64,000 nt of DNA from Candidatus Eiseniibacteriota bacterium (GTDB lineage Bacteria > Eisenbacteria > RBG-16-71-46 > JABDJR01): contig CAVXKA010000003.1 in assembly GCA_963762255.1 (NCBI GenBank), forward strand, positions 320,001-384,000, in the 5' to 3' direction. Below are positions 1 to 14,563 of the stretch, in pieces (position 1 is the first letter of the stretch; the number at the start of each line of letters is the position of its first letter). Position numbers and translations under genes: made by a program. The notes under the pieces were generated by a model, which had not been told where the DNA came from, did not search any database, and saw only the letters and a program-made list of their open reading frames with translations.

Positions 1-1
1 C

Positions 2-208
2 GATGCGCCGGTCGACCCGCTCGCCGTCTCGGTGGAGACGGCGCACCCGGCGAAGTTCCCGGAGGAGATCCAGGAGCTGCTCGGCATCGACCCGCCGCTG
101 CCGCCAAGCCTTGCCGGGCTCGAGTCCAAGCAGGAGGAGTACGGGCACTTGACGGGAGCGTACGAGCCGTTCCGGGATCTGCTGAAGGAGCGCTTCCTCG
201 TTACCTGA
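2..208 (+). CDS. thrC: threonine synthase, C-terminal fragment (5' truncated by window)
   Basis: Frame from position 2 reads ...VSVETAHPAKFPEEIQELLG...LKERFLVT*; TAHPAKF is the ThrC C-terminal motif; TGA at 206-208. Confidence 0.8.
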   Translation, partial: DAPVDPLAVSVETAHPAKFPEEIQELLGIDPPLPPSLAGLESKQEEYGHLTGAYEPFRDLLKERFLVT

Positions 209-257
209 GGCGGCGCAGTTCCCGCGCGAGTCGTCGGGAGCGGGATCCGTCGAGGCC

Positions 258-1505
258 CTACCGCTCCCCCAGCAGCACCAGCCGCAGCCGGTTGAGCTCC
301 GTCATGGTGCTTCGGCGAATGACGATCTCCCGCGCGCCTGGATACGTGGAGCGATACGCCCGCGTGCCGTCGGGGGCGGCGATCGCGCTGTGGACGAGAC
401 CCACCGGCTTCTCCGTGGTGCCGCCAGTCGGCCCGGCGATTCCCGTGGTGGCCACGACCACGTCCACACCGCTTCGCTCGCGAAGCCCTTCGGCCATGGC
501 CCGCGCCACGTCTTCGCTCACCGCGCCGTGCCTCTCGATCAGCGCTTCCGGCACGCCCAGCAGCTCCACCTTCGCGCGGTTCGAGTACGCCACCACTCCA
601 CGATCCACGTAGCGGCTCGCACCGGGGACCGAGGTCAGCATCGCCGCGATCGCCCCGCCGGTGCACGACTCGGCGGTTGCCACGCGCCATCCGAGTTGCA
701 CGAGCAGTTCCCCCACCACCTGCTGGAGCGTCTCCCCCATCGTGCCGTAGATGTGGCTCTTGAGGTGCTCCCGCAGCACCGCCTCGGCAACGGCCAGGCG
801 CGCGTCGGCCGCCACCGCATCATCCTCGCGCGCGGTGAGCTTGAGGTTCACGCCCGGCAACTGCGGGTAGAACGCGAGATCCACGCCCACAAGCGTGTCG
901 AACACCGGCTGGAACCGCGCGATGAGCTCCGACTCGCCGATCCCGATCGTCTTGAGCACGCGAGTGTGCAGCGCGGTCAGCGGCCGGTTGGCGCGCAGCC
1001 AGGGGAGTATCGACTCCTCCAGGATGGCCTTCATCTCTCGCGGGATGCCCGGCACCGAGAAGAGCACGGATCCCCCCGACTCCATGCGGAAACCGGGCGC
1101 AGTGCCGGCGGGGTTGCGGACCGGCACCGCGCCCTCGGGAAGCGTAGCCTGGGTGAGGTTGGTCTGCGGCATCGTCGCGTGGCCGAAAGTCGCGAAGATC
1201 GCTCGCATCTCCGGCAGTAGTTCTTCGCGAAGCAAGCGTCCGACTCCGAACGCCAGCGCGATCCCGTCGCGGGTCCTGTCGTCGGGTGTGGGCCCGAGGC
1301 CCCCGGTCACGATCACGACTTCCGCGCGCGCCATGGCCTGGCGCACCGCCGTCGCGATCTCCTCGACGTCATCCCCCACCGTGACGTGGCGAGAGACGGC
1401 AATGCCCAGATCCTTGAAGGCCCGGGCGAGATCGCGGGCGTTGGTGTCGAGGATATCGCCGGCGAGGAGCTCCGCGCCGACGGTGAGGATCTCAGCGCGC
1501 AACAC
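258..1505 (-). CDS. cinA: CinA competence/damage-inducible protein (MocF-like domain + PncC NMN deamidase)
   Basis: AEILTVGAELLAGDILDTN, TGGLGPTPDDRT, ATAESCTGG, TTGIAGPTGG motifs; start GTG 1505 or TTG 1502 overlaps the end of ctaF. Confidence 0.93.
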   Translation of the reverse strand: MLRAEILTVGAELLAGDILDTNARDLARAFKDLGIAVSRHVTVGDDVEEIATAVRQAMARAEVVIVTGGLGPTPDDRTRDGIALAFGVGRLLREELLPEMRAIFATFGHATMPQTNLTQATLPEGAVPVRNPAGTAPGFRMESGGSVLFSVPGIPREMKAILEESILPWLRANRPLTALHTRVLKTIGIGESELIARFQPVFDTLVGVDLAFYPQLPGVNLKLTAREDDAVAADARLAVAEAVLREHLKSHIYGTMGETLQQVVGELLVQLGWRVATAESCTGGAIAAMLTSVPGASRYVDRGVVAYSNRAKVELLGVPEALIERHGAVSEDVARAMAEGLRERSGVDVVVATTGIAGPTGGTTEKPVGLVHSAIAAPDGTRAYRSTYPGAREIVIRRSTMTELNRLRLVLLGER

Positions 1506-1962
1506 TGGTGTCCGCAGCCGCTTTGCCCAGGGTGTCACCCACCGCAGCCCCGGTCGAATCCACCAGACCCTCCAGCACGATCCCATGCTCTTTCATGAAC
1601 TCCGGCCTCGCCGGCACAGGCAAGATCTCGCGCGCCTTGATGGGGTCCACCAGACCGCGGTGCATCGTGTCGGCCAGCGTCAGCACGAAGAAGATGCCCA
1701 GAAACGCCAGCGATCCCAGCAGGATCACCCCGTTGAACTTCTCGTCGTACTTGAGGTGCATGAAGAACAGCGCAACCAGGCTCGCTTTCACCGTCGCGAC
1801 GGCCATGGCCACGATCAGGTTCCAGGTTCCGAAGTTGAAGTAGGAGACCCGCACGGTGATGAAGGTGAGAACCAGAAGCGCGCCCCACACCAACAGATAG
1901 GTGCGCAGGGGCAGGACGTGGGGCTTGCGGGGTCCGCTCGCGGCGGCGTGCGCGTGGCTCAT
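1492..1962 (-). CDS. ctaF: cytochrome c oxidase subunit IV
   Basis: YLLVWGALLVLT, KASLVALFFMHLKYD motif; last gene of the oxidase block. Confidence 0.88.
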   Translation of the reverse strand: MSHAHAAASGPRKPHVLPLRTYLLVWGALLVLTFITVRVSYFNFGTWNLIVAMAVATVKASLVALFFMHLKYDEKFNGVILLGSLAFLGIFFVLTLADTMHRGLVDPIKAREILPVPARPEFMKEHGIVLEGLVDSTGAAVGDTLGKAAADTSVAR

Positions 1963-1968
1963 GTTCGT

Positions 1969-2622
1969 CTAGCCCACCAGATAGAAGAGAGGGAAGAGGT
2001 AGATCCAAATGAGGTCCACCAGATGCCAGTAGATCCCGACCAGCTCGACCGGCGTGTGATACTCGGCGGAGAACTGCCGCTGGAGCGAACGACGAAGGAT
2101 CCACGCGATCACCACGATCCCCGCCACCACGTGAAGCCCGTGCAACCCGGTCATCATGAAGTAGAGCCCGAAGAAGATGTTCCCGTTCACCGGCTCGCCG
2201 GCGCCGTGCGGGTTGTACCAGAAACCGGGCAGGAGTCCGTGCTGGAACTTCTCCGCGTACTCGAAGTACTTGATCACCAGGAACGTCGCCGCGAACGCGA
2301 GCGTGAGGCTCAGGAACGTGATGAGCTTGGTCTGCTGACTCGTCTGCGCCGCCCGCACCGCCAGCGCCATCGTGAGGCTGGAGCAGATGAGCACCACGGT
2401 ATTGGTCCCGCCGAGAATCCGGTTCAGGTGGTGGTGCGATTCCAGGAACATCTTGGGGTGCATGTTCTGAAACACCACGAAGGCCACAAAGAGCCCGCCG
2501 AAGAGCAGGATCTCGGTGGCCAGGAAGATCCAGAAGCCGAGCTTGGCGGCGCTGAACTCCTGGTCGGCGTCGGCGTAGTGGTGCCCGACCTCATGCTTCC
2601 ACTCTCGCGACGGCGTCGTCAT
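1969..2622 (-). CDS. ctaE: cytochrome c oxidase subunit III
   Basis: [36 protein letters not shown]; ATGA overlap with subunit I stop. Confidence 0.93.
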   Translation of the reverse strand: MTTPSREWKHEVGHHYADADQEFSAAKLGFWIFLATEILLFGGLFVAFVVFQNMHPKMFLESHHHLNRILGGTNTVVLICSSLTMALAVRAAQTSQQTKLITFLSLTLAFAATFLVIKYFEYAEKFQHGLLPGFWYNPHGAGEPVNGNIFFGLYFMMTGLHGLHVVAGIVVIAWILRRSLQRQFSAEYHTPVELVGIYWHLVDLIWIYLFPLFYLVG

Positions 2623-4253
2623 GCGCGGGCTTCCCCTCCGTAGACCTTCTGGTAGTCGTAGAGCCCGGGATCGAGCGTCGGAAGCACGTCGAAGTTCTCG
2701 ACCGGCGGCGGCGACGGGGTGCGCCACTCCAACCCCAGCGAGCCCCAGGGGTTGGCCGGCGCCGTCTCCCCGTCCCGCAGCGACTTCACCAGATAGGCCG
2801 CCATGATCAGAAAGCCCGCCCCGAGAATCCACGACCCGAAGGTCGAGAACTGGTGCAGCCCCTGAAACTGCTCGAGATAGTCGTAGTAGCGCCGGGGCAT
2901 CCCCTTGCTCCCCAGCACGAACTGGGTGAGGAACGTGACGTTGAAGCCCACGAACACGAACAGCGCGGCAACGCGCGCCATGCGCTCGCTGTACATCCGC
3001 CCCGTCATCTTGGGCCACCAGTAGTGGAGCCCCGCGAGGAACGCCATCACCGTGCCCCCCATCATCACGTAGTGGAAGTGAGCCACGACGAAGTAGGTGT
3101 CGTGGAGGTGCACGTCCACCGACAGCGCTCCGAGAAAGATGCCGGTGAGCCCGCCGATCGAGAAGAGGAACATGAAGGACAGCGCGTAGAGCATCGGCGC
3201 GTCCAACGCAATCGACCCTTTGTACAGGGTGGCGGTCCAGTTGAACATCTTGATCGCGGAAGGGATGGCCACGAAGAAGGTGAGGAAGGAGAAGATCATG
3301 GTCGAAAGCTCGGACTGGCCGGAGACGAACATGTGGTGGCCCCAGACCAGGAAGCCGAGCACGGCGATGGCGATCGAGGAGAACGCGATGAAGCGGTAGC
3401 CGAAGATATGGCGCCGCGAGAAGGTCGAGATGACCTCGCTGATGATGCCCATCCCCGGGAGGATCATGATGTACACGGCGGGATGCGAGTAGAACCAGAA
3501 GAAGTGCTGGAAGAGAACGGGGTCGCCGCCCAGAGCCGGGTCGAAGATACCAATGTGGAGCACGCGCTCCGCAACCAGCAACAGCAGCGTGATCCCCAGC
3601 ACCGGTGTGGCCAGCACCTGGATGAGCGCGGTCCCGTAGAGCGACCAGATGAAGAGCGGCATGTCGAACCAGCCCATCCCCGGCATGCGCAGCTTGTGGA
3701 TGGTGACCACGAAATTGAGCCCGGTGAAGATGGACGAGAACCCGAGGATGAAGATGCCGAGTCCCATCCAGATCACCGACGTCTGGCTCTGGACGCTGTA
3801 CGGCGTGTAGAACGTCCAGCCGGTGTCCACCCCCTTGGTGAGGATGGCGGTGATGGTGAAGATCGCTCCGATCACCCAGAGGTAGAAGCTGGTGAGGTTG
3901 AGGCGCGGGAAGGCGACGTCCTTGGCCCCCAGCATAATCGGCAGGAAGAAGTTTCCGAGCGCGGCGGGGATGGACGGGATGATGAAGAGGAAGATCATCA
4001 CGATCCCGTGCAACGTGAAGACCTGGTTGTAGGTCTCCGCCCCCATGATGGTGCGACCGGTGTGAATGAGTTCCAGCCGGATGAGCATGGCCATGATGCC
4101 GCCGACCAGGAAGGCCAGCGTGATCCCGCAGAGGTAGAGGATCCCGATCCGCTTGTGGTCGAGCGTGTAGAGCCAGCTCCGGATGCCCCTGGCCGCCGCC
4201 AGGTAGCTCACGCCGCCCGGATGCCCGGATGCCGCGGTGCTTTGAGTCGTCAT
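2619..4253 (-). CDS. ctaD: cytochrome c oxidase subunit I, type A2
   Basis: [20 protein letters not shown] (YS motif of A2 oxidases), [18 protein letters not shown]. Confidence 0.97.
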   Translation of the reverse strand: MTTQSTAASGHPGGVSYLAAARGIRSWLYTLDHKRIGILYLCGITLAFLVGGIMAMLIRLELIHTGRTIMGAETYNQVFTLHGIVMIFLFIIPSIPAALGNFFLPIMLGAKDVAFPRLNLTSFYLWVIGAIFTITAILTKGVDTGWTFYTPYSVQSQTSVIWMGLGIFILGFSSIFTGLNFVVTIHKLRMPGMGWFDMPLFIWSLYGTALIQVLATPVLGITLLLLVAERVLHIGIFDPALGGDPVLFQHFFWFYSHPAVYIMILPGMGIISEVISTFSRRHIFGYRFIAFSSIAIAVLGFLVWGHHMFVSGQSELSTMIFSFLTFFVAIPSAIKMFNWTATLYKGSIALDAPMLYALSFMFLFSIGGLTGIFLGALSVDVHLHDTYFVVAHFHYVMMGGTVMAFLAGLHYWWPKMTGRMYSERMARVAALFVFVGFNVTFLTQFVLGSKGMPRRYYDYLEQFQGLHQFSTFGSWILGAGFLIMAAYLVKSLRDGETAPANPWGSLGLEWRTPSPPPVENFDVLPTLDPGLYDYQKVYGGEARA

Positions 4254-4284
4254 GAGACGCTGCCTCGCTCGGGAATGTCCCGCG

Positions 4285-5226
4285 CTACTTGAGAGACTTG
4301 ATGTACTCGATCAGGCCGTCGATGTCCTGCGGCTTGAGGGTTCCCGCATAGGTCGGCATGACCGGCTGGAAGCCCTTCACCACCTGCGATCCGGGATCGA
4401 GGATCGACTGGCGGATGTAGTTCTCGTCCGCGGTCACCGTGCCGCCGTCGGCGAGATCCACCGAGTGACCGAAGATGCCCTGGAACGACGGTCCGGTCTT
4501 CACGCTGCCGTCGATGGAATGGCACGTGACGCACGCCTTCGACTTGTAGAGCTGCTCCCCCCACTGGGCGAGCGACACCCCCGGCCCGGGCCCGCTTCCC
4601 GCCTCCAGCCACTTCTGGAAATCGCTCGCGGGCAGGACGTGCACCTTCCCCAGCATCTCGGAGTGCCCGGTGCCGCAGTATTCGGCGCAGAAGAGATCGT
4701 AGTCGCCGGGGATGGTGGCCTCGAACCAGAGAGTGGTGTAGCGATTGGGAAGGGCATCCTGCTTCACACGAAACGCGGGGATGTAGAAGCTGTGGATGAC
4801 GTCCTCGGAACGCAGCGTCACCTTGACCGGCTGCCCCACCGGCACCGTCATCTCGTTCACCGCCACGTTTCCGTTGGGGTGCGTCACCTCCCACAGCCAC
4901 TTCTTCCCGGTGACGTTGTACTGAAGCGAGTTCCCCGGCGCCACCGACAGGGTCATGTATCCCCGGAAGCCCCAGAAGAACACCAGAATGACCAGCGCGA
5001 GCGGAATGACCGTCCAGGCGATCTCGAGCGGCGTGTTGTGGGTCGTGCTGGGCTCAAGCTTCTGCCCGGCCCGCCGCCGGTAGCGCAGCACGAAGATCGT
5101 GGAGAGGCCCACGATCAAGACGAAGAAGAAGACGCTACCCCAGAAGATGAAGTAATAGAGGGAGTCCACCTGATGGGCGACGGTGGACGCCTGAGGGGGC
5201 AGTTGCAGCGTTCCGTTTCCGGTCAT
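4285..5226 (-). CDS. ctaC: cytochrome c oxidase subunit II with fused cytochrome c (caa3 type)
   Basis: DVIHSF, CuA motif [13 protein letters not shown]-terminal CVTCH heme site and PVMP. Confidence 0.95.
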   Translation of the reverse strand: MTGNGTLQLPPQASTVAHQVDSLYYFIFWGSVFFFVLIVGLSTIFVLRYRRRAGQKLEPSTTHNTPLEIAWTVIPLALVILVFFWGFRGYMTLSVAPGNSLQYNVTGKKWLWEVTHPNGNVAVNEMTVPVGQPVKVTLRSEDVIHSFYIPAFRVKQDALPNRYTTLWFEATIPGDYDLFCAEYCGTGHSEMLGKVHVLPASDFQKWLEAGSGPGPGVSLAQWGEQLYKSKACVTCHSIDGSVKTGPSFQGIFGHSVDLADGGTVTADENYIRQSILDPGSQVVKGFQPVMPTYAGTLKPQDIDGLIEYIKSLK

Positions 5227-6072
5227 GCCTGGATTCCTGATGCCGTCGCCGGGCGGTGGCGGCGCCGTTCCCTGGTCCAGAGGACCGCGAGTAGGGCGCC
5301 CAACACGATCAACGAAACGAGGCCGCCCGCCTTCATGACGTTCGCGGCGACCAGCGCGTACTTGTGCGTCTTGGGATCGTACTGGTAGCAGTACATCAGG
5401 AACTTGTCGAGCGGCGTACCCAGCCGACCCTGGGACGCTTCGGTCAGCGACAACCGAAGATCCTTGGGCGAGAACTCGATCCCGTAGAGGGTGCGGCTGA
5501 TCGTTCCCTCCGGGGTGAGTACGAACATGCCCGCCGGGTGCGCGTACTGCTTGCGAATCGGATCGTAGCGATAGCCGAAACCGAGCGCGTCGGCGAGCCG
5601 GTGCGTCTCGGTGGAGTCACCGACCAGAAAGTGCCATCCCGCCGCGACCTCGGGCTTTCCCAACTCCGCAACGTGGGTCGCCTTCTTCCCCGCCGCCAGC
5701 GCGGCCGTGTCGTGCGGGTCGAAGCTCACCGTGACCACGGTGTAGTCGCGTCCGGGGATCCAGTCCAGTTGCTTTGCGGCGGCCAGGTAGCCGTTCAGCA
5801 CCTGCGTGCAGAGCATCGGGCAACTGTAGTAGACGAGCTGCATCAGGACCGGCTGCTCGTGGTCCGAAGAACGCACCGAGCCGCACCGGCTGCCCGGTCT
5901 CGTCGACCAGTGCGATGTCCAACGGGATCGAATCCCCGGATCGGTCGATGAGATCGATCCCCTGGAGCTCGGCAGGAACCTGATCGGGCGCGTCCTGCGC
6001 CGTCGCGAGCGCCGGCCCCCGAAGCATGGAAAGGAGGATCGCCCCGAGGACGAACCGGGAAGTGCGCATCAT
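5223..6072 (-). CDS. SCO1/SenC copper chaperone, interrupted by a +1 frameshift near 5864-5865
   Basis: N-terminal part MMRTSRF...DETGQPVRLGAFF continues in another frame as DHEQPVLMQLVYYSCPMLC (CxxxC)...YAHP; span 850 nt = 3n+1; removing one G restores the frame. Confidence 0.85.
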
Positions 6073-6380
6073 CCGCCCTGCCGGGCGCTTCGGGCCGCGC
6101 GGGCTTCCCGGGTCATGATCTCCATGGCCTTGTCGACGGGGATGCGCACGATGCCCTTCTGTTGATCCACCCACCCGTACGAGTTCAGGATCTCCGCTTC
6201 CTGGGCCCGCAGCTCCGCCAGCTTGGGGTTGGAGAGCGAGAGCACCTTGCGGTAGACCTCCTGGTTTCGCGAGACGGCGAAGAACGAGTTGAGCCAGGCC
6301 ATCGCCGACACGAAGAGGATCGCGCCCACGATGCCGCTCGTCAGGATCCAGCCGGTGCGAATGCCGCTGCCCGAAGACAT
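6069..6380 (-). CDS. ACIII-operon small membrane protein (ActG-like position)
   Basis: One TM helix then YGWVDQQKGIVRIPVDKAME; sits between actF and SCO. Confidence 0.7.
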   Translation of the reverse strand: MSSGSGIRTGWILTSGIVGAILFVSAMAWLNSFFAVSRNQEVYRKVLSLSNPKLAELRAQEAEILNSYGWVDQQKGIVRIPVDKAMEIMTREARAARSARQGG

Positions 6381-6396
6381 GCTCAGCGCGCCTCCA

Positions 6397-7599
6397 TCAG
6401 TACGAGTGCTCCAGCGACAACGACTCGGGAAGCCGCGGGTCGCCCGCGGGGATGAGCGCGCCCGCGGCCAGGCGGCGGGCGTAGAAGTACAGGAACACCC
6501 CGCCGATCCCAAGCAGCGAGGCGAGATCGAGCCAGTGCGGCGCGAACCCCTCGTGGCGCAAGTTGGGCAGGATCAACCAGTGCAGATCGAGGTAGTGCAT
6601 GATCAGGATCCACGCCGCCATCACCGCCACGAATGCCGGCCGCCGCTTGGTGAAGCGGGACATGAGCAGCGCGAACGGCACGGCGAAGTGGCCGAACGCG
6701 AGGAAAAGGCTCACGGTCTTCCAGTTCCCCTCGATGCGGTGCAGGTACCAGATCGTCTCCTCGGGGATGTTCCCGTACCAGATGAGGAAGAACTGCGAGA
6801 AGGCGATGTAGGCCCAGAATACCGTGAACGCGAAGAGGAGACGACCGAGATCCTGATAGTGATCCACCCGGAAGGTCCCGCGCAGGTAGCCCGCTCCTAC
6901 CAGGGCGCGACCGGTCAATGTGATGAAGGCATAGGCACCGAGCACGCTCCCCGCCCAGACGTAAACACCGAAGATGGTGGAGTACCAGTGGGGATCCATC
7001 GACATGATCCAGTCGAAGGCCATGAAGGTCACCGTCACCGCGTAGGCGATCATCCCCGGCGCGGCGCGGCGTTGCATGGTCACGGTCAACCCGGGATCGC
7101 GGCTCGTGTCCTGGGCCACCGAGGTGCGGTGGAAGTACCGCGCCAGGAGCGTCCACACGAGGAAGTAGATCGCCGCCCGCGCGAGGAAGAAGGGGACGTT
7201 GAGAAAGCCCCGCTTCCCCTGCAGCAGGTGGTCGTGCGCCACCGCCTCGGCGTGCGTCCAGGGATAGAGACGGTCCAGTCCGGCCAGGAGCGGCAGGAAG
7301 AGAACGGCGAACACGGGCACGGTCCAGGCCGCGGTCTCGGCCAACCGGCGCACCGTCACGCTCCACCCCGCGCGGGTCAGGTGTTGCACCATGACGAAGA
7401 AGAGCGCACCGAGCGCGATGCTCAGGAAGAAGAGGAGTGCGGTGATCCAGGAGAAGAAGAACTGCTCGCGGTCTACCGCAAAACCTATGCCGGACAGGGC
7501 AAGACCCACGAGCGCCATGAGTCCGAAGCCCTGACGCGCGCGCGCCCAGCCTCCCGCCGGTACGTGGAACTGATCGTGAAAGGCGTGTTGATGTGCCAC
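6397..7599 (-). CDS. actF: alternative complex III membrane subunit ActF
   Basis: NrfD-like polytopic protein: AGWSVTVRRLAE, DWIMSMDPHWYST, QDLGRLLFAF, IWYGNIPEET. Confidence 0.9.
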   Translation of the reverse strand: MAHQHAFHDQFHVPAGGWARARQGFGLMALVGLALSGIGFAVDREQFFFSWITALLFFLSIALGALFFVMVQHLTRAGWSVTVRRLAETAAWTVPVFAVLFLPLLAGLDRLYPWTHAEAVAHDHLLQGKRGFLNVPFFLARAAIYFLVWTLLARYFHRTSVAQDTSRDPGLTVTMQRRAAPGMIAYAVTVTFMAFDWIMSMDPHWYSTIFGVYVWAGSVLGAYAFITLTGRALVGAGYLRGTFRVDHYQDLGRLLFAFTVFWAYIAFSQFFLIWYGNIPEETIWYLHRIEGNWKTVSLFLAFGHFAVPFALLMSRFTKRRPAFVAVMAAWILIMHYLDLHWLILPNLRHEGFAPHWLDLASLLGIGGVFLYFYARRLAAGALIPAGDPRLPESLSLEHSY

Positions 7600-7603
7600 G
7601 GCT

Positions 7604-8230
7604 CTATTTCAACTCGTTGCGGGCGTCCGCGGGGACATCCGCCAAGGTGGCGTTCTGGCTGAGTTGGAGGGCCCGCACGTAAGCCACCACGGCCCAGCGG
7701 TCCTCCACCGGAATCTGCTTCCCGTAGGACGGCATGTTGCGGATCCCGTTGGTGATCACGTTGTAGAGATACCCGTCCGCGAATTGCCGCACCCGATCCG
7801 TGTGGAAGGACGGCGGCGGCACGAAACCGTAACCGATCACGATGCCCTTGCCGCTCCCCGACCGGTCGTGGCACGGCGCGCAGTAGATGTTGAACCGGCT
7901 GCGCCCCCGCTCCAGCAGCTCCGCGGTGATCTCGCGTGGGTTCACGCTCACAAAGGTCGTGTCTCCCTGGACTCGACCCAGATAGTAAGCGTCGTCGGCC
8001 TTCACGTCCCCCACCGGCACCGTTCCTTCAGGCGGGGTGCGCATCGAGCGCATGTCGGCGAAGAGCGGGTTCGCCGTCTGCGCCTTGTACTTCTTCTGGA
8101 ATTCCATGTCGGGGATGATGACGACCGGGCGCTGATCGCGCGGCTGCCCGCGCGCACAGCCGCCGGCGGCGATCAGGAGGCCGATCAGGGCGAGTGCGCA
8201 AAGAGCGCGAATCACGTGCGACACGCTCAT
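7604..8230 (-). CDS. actE: alternative complex III monoheme cytochrome c lipoprotein ActE
   Basis: Lipobox IAAGGC, CAPCH, MPSYG; operon position. Confidence 0.9.
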   Translation of the reverse strand: MSVSHVIRALCALALIGLLIAAGGCARGQPRDQRPVVIIPDMEFQKKYKAQTANPLFADMRSMRTPPEGTVPVGDVKADDAYYLGRVQGDTTFVSVNPREITAELLERGRSRFNIYCAPCHDRSGSGKGIVIGYGFVPPPSFHTDRVRQFADGYLYNVITNGIRNMPSYGKQIPVEDRWAVVAYVRALQLSQNATLADVPADARNELK

Positions 8231-8790
8231 GCCTCCAGCACCTCCACGTGGGTCCCGCCGGCAGCCTCCAGCACGCGGCGGGCGGTGTCGGCGTCGAAGG
8301 CCGGGTCGGTCGCCTCGATCGCCAGGAAGAACCTGTCGTCGCTGGCGCGCTTGAACGTCGAGTGCTTGAACACCGGGTGATAGGGCTGCGGCAACCGGTT
8401 CAGGAAGAGCATGCCGAACACCGCTGCGAACGCGGAGAGGAGGATCGTCAGCTCGAATGTCACCGGGACGAAGGCGGGCACGCTGAAGTAGGGCTTTCCC
8501 GCGATCTTGATCGGATAGTCCACCGCGCTCGTCCACCACTGGAGCAGCAAGCCGCCGATGCCGCCGGCGATCGCTCCCGCGAGAACGATCCAGGGCACCT
8601 TGGAGCCGGGCACGCTCAGCGCCCGGTCGAGCCCGTGCACCGGGAACGGCGAATAGGCGTCTACGTTCACGTAGCCCTCGGCGCGCACCTTCTCCGCTGC
8701 GTGAAGCAGATCGCGGGGAGTGGCGAACTCGGCCATCACCCCGAACACTTCCGGCGCTACGGGGGCGGTCTTCACGTCGTGGGCGCTCAT
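8227..8790 (-). CDS. actD: alternative complex III subunit ActD (DUF3341)
   Basis: [32 protein letters not shown]. Confidence 0.9.
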   Translation of the reverse strand: MSAHDVKTAPVAPEVFGVMAEFATPRDLLHAAEKVRAEGYVNVDAYSPFPVHGLDRALSVPGSKVPWIVLAGAIAGGIGGLLLQWWTSAVDYPIKIAGKPYFSVPAFVPVTFELTILLSAFAAVFGMLFLNRLPQPYHPVFKHSTFKRASDDRFFLAIEATDPAFDADTARRVLEAAGGTHVEVLEA

Positions 8791-10216
8791 CGCGGCGCCT
8801 CGCTGTGCCCGCCGCCGGCGGGATGATGATGAGGGTTCGCCTGTGGCATCACGTTCTTGATCTCGGCCATAGCAATCATGGGCAGAAAGCGCAGGAAGAG
8901 CAGGAAGCAGGTGAAGAAGAGGCCGAAGGTGCCGACGAACGTGCCGATGTCCACCCAGGTCGGCCTGTAATACCCCCACGACGAGGGGAGGAAGTCGCGG
9001 CTCAAGGTGACGATGATCACGAAGCGCTCGAACCACATCCCGACGTTGATAAGGACGGCGGCCACGAACATCACCGGGATGGATCGCCGGAAGCGCCGGA
9101 ACCAGAAGAGCTGGGGCACGAGCACGTTGCAGGAGACCATCGTCCAGTAGGCCCACCAGTAGGGGCCGAATGCGCGGTTGACGAAGGCGAACTGCTCGTA
9201 GGGATTGCCGCTGTACCAGGCGATGAAGAACTCCATCGAGTACGCGTAGCCCACCATCATGCCGGTCAACAACATGATCTTGTTCATGTTGTCCAGGTGC
9301 TCGATGGTGATGATGTCCTTCAAATTGAATATCCTGCGGGCGATGATGGCAAGGTTGAGCACCATCGCGAAGCCGGAGAAGATGGCTCCCGCAACGAAAT
9401 AGGGCGGGAAGATCGTCGTGTGCCATCCGGGCAGGATTGAGACCGCGAAGTCGAAGCTCACGATGGAGTGCACCGAGAGCACGAGCGGGGTCGAGATGCC
9501 GGCCAGGATGAGGTAAGCCTTCTCGTAGTTGGCCCAGTGCCGGTTGGAGCCTCGCCATCCACCCGCCATCACGCCGTAGACGAGCTGGCCGATGCGCCCC
9601 TTCGCGCGATCCCGCAGGGTGGCCAGATCGGGAATGAGGCCCGTGTACCAGAAGAGGAGCGAGACCGTGAAGTAGGTCCCCACCGCGAACACGTCCCACA
9701 GGAGCGGGCTTCGGAACTGGGGCCAGATCGCCTGCCAGTTCGGGATCGGAATCACCCACCAGATGAGCCAGATGCGTCCCACATGGATAGTCGGGTACAT
9801 GAGCGCGCAAATGACGGCGAAGATGGTCATCGCCTCCGCGAAACGGTTGATCGCGGTGCGCCACTTCTGCCGGAAGAGATAGAGGATCGCGCTGATGAGG
9901 GTTCCGGCGTGGCCGATGCCCACCCACCAGACGAAATTCACGATGTCCCATCCCCAGAAGACCGGGCTGTTGATACCCCAGACGCCGAGACCGGTGGCAA
10001 TCAGATAGCCCACCATCGCGAGGAGGAGGAGCAGGAGCGAGGACGAGATCCCGAACGCGATATACCAGGCCCTGGGCGTCTTCCGCTCGATCGGCGCGCA
10101 CACCAGATCCGTGATTCCGGCGAAGTCGTGCCCGCCCTGCACGAGCACCGTGCGGTGCCGCGGATCGTCGGGCATGGCGTGCGCCGCGTCGCCGGCGGGG
10201 AAGGTCGCGCTCGACA

Positions 10217-10217
<1 letters not shown>
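8787..10217 (-). CDS. actC: alternative complex III quinol-binding subunit ActC (NrfD/PsrC family)
   Basis: [50 protein letters not shown]. Confidence 0.93.
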
Positions 10218-13227
<3,010 letters not shown>

Positions 13228-13231
<4 letters not shown>

Positions 13232-13869
13232 CGATGGCACCCCGAGCAATTGGTCGTCGGATGAATGTTGCGGGCCGTCCTCAACTCGAGCCCCAGCGCG
13301 AGCTGATCACCCGGGGGTTGATACCCCATGGTGGTGACCTCGCTCACCGGGCGCAGGTACTTCTCGGGCGCGCGGTGGCAGTCGAGGCACCACGCCATGT
13401 TGAGCGGCTTCGCCTGATAGACCACCTCCATGCGGTCGATGCGACCGTGGCAGGTTTCGCATCCCACTCCCGAGTTCACATGAATGCTGTGGTCGAAGTA
13501 GACGAAGTCGGGCGAGTGATGGATGCGCACCCACGGCACCGCTGCGCCGGTGGCGACGCTCTCGCGGACCGGAACCATGTTGGGGCTGTCGGGCCTGATC
13601 TGGGTGTGACAGTTCATGCAGGTCTGCGAGGCGGGGACCATGGCCACCGGTGACCGCTCCACTCCCACATGGCAGTAGCGACAGTCCATACCCAGATCTC
13701 CCGCGTGCAGCTTGTGGCTGTATGGGACAGGCTGCTTCGGCGCGTAGCCCACCTGGGTGTTGGAGGGTGAAATGAAGTACACGAAGGCGGCGACAACCGC
13801 CACCAGGGCCATCGTCACCCCGGCTCCGATGAGGAGCGGCAATCTGTTGGCCCACTTTGGAAACAACAT
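13228..13869 (-). CDS. actA: alternative complex III pentaheme cytochrome ActA
   Basis: N-terminal TM, PKQPVPYSHKLH, five CxxCH (CRYCH, CMNCH, CETCH, CLDCH, CSGCH). Confidence 0.93.
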
Positions 13870-14075
13870 GTCTTGTTTCCGTCCCCCTCGGGGTCGGCCT
13901 GCGCGGAAGCCCGCTGGGCGGGGTGGGTCAGTGCGTACCCGGGACAGGCCCCCCGCAGATTCGCCGACAATTGCAGTTTGATGAACGGTGACCCATAACG
14001 GCAACCGATGGGTCGACAAGGGATTGGCAATGCAACCGGTCGCCGGGAGCGACCGCAGATGAAAACCGACGGCGG

Positions 14076-14104
14076 ATCATACCGAGGCTAACCGGCCATG
14101 TCAG
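14076..14104 (-). promoter_or_regulatory. putative sigma70 promoter of the ACIII-oxidase operon
   Basis: Minus strand CTGACA-N17-TATGAT, ~200 nt upstream of actA. Confidence 0.5.
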
Positions 14105-14109
14105 CAACT

Positions 14110-14127
14110 TTGTGATGGAAATCACAA
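14110..14127. promoter_or_regulatory. palindromic operator, Rex- or CRP/FNR-family box
   Basis: TTGTGAT-GGAA-ATCACAA, perfect 7-bp inverted repeat matching TTGTGA-N6-TCACAA; AT-rich in a GC-rich background; 5 bp upstream of the predicted -35. Confidence 0.7.
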
Positions 14128-14139
14128 TACCTGCCGAGG

Positions 14140-14511
14140 TCACAGCGTCCGCCCCCGCGTTTTCGCAACCCCGGAACCGGGAGCCCGGTACCGGTCGAGC
14201 ATCAATCCCAGAATCCCCAAGCCGAACGTGAACGACCCGAGCAGGATCATCGCCAGCCCGGGCCATGGGCGATAGGTCTGGAAATAGGGAGGCACGTGGC
14301 GCGCGAGAAGTGCGAGCCCTACCGCGCTCATCACGATCTGAGCCCAGGCCCGTCCGCGCAAGGTCAGCATCGCCGTGGCGAGAAGCACGATCCCGGCCAC
14401 CACCCCGGCAAGAAGCGACATCGCATTCCGACCGGCGACGATCTCTTGAAGGCCGGTGCCCAGAGCGATCAGACCGAGCACGAGTCCGACCCAGGCCGAA
14501 GCTCGAGTCAT
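14140..14511 (-). CDS. small multi-TM membrane protein, TMEM14-like
   Basis: Four Gly-rich hydrophobic segments, MSLLAG motif; GGAG upstream. Confidence 0.55.
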   Translation of the reverse strand: MTRASAWVGLVLGLIALGTGLQEIVAGRNAMSLLAGVVAGIVLLATAMLTLRGRAWAQIVMSAVGLALLARHVPPYFQTYRPWPGLAMILLGSFTFGLGILGLMLDRYRAPGSGVAKTRGRTL

Positions 14512-14563
14512 GCGTGTCGTCTCCTCTCCCGGGTTTCGTGGTGGCCGCTCGGCGCGGCCCGCG

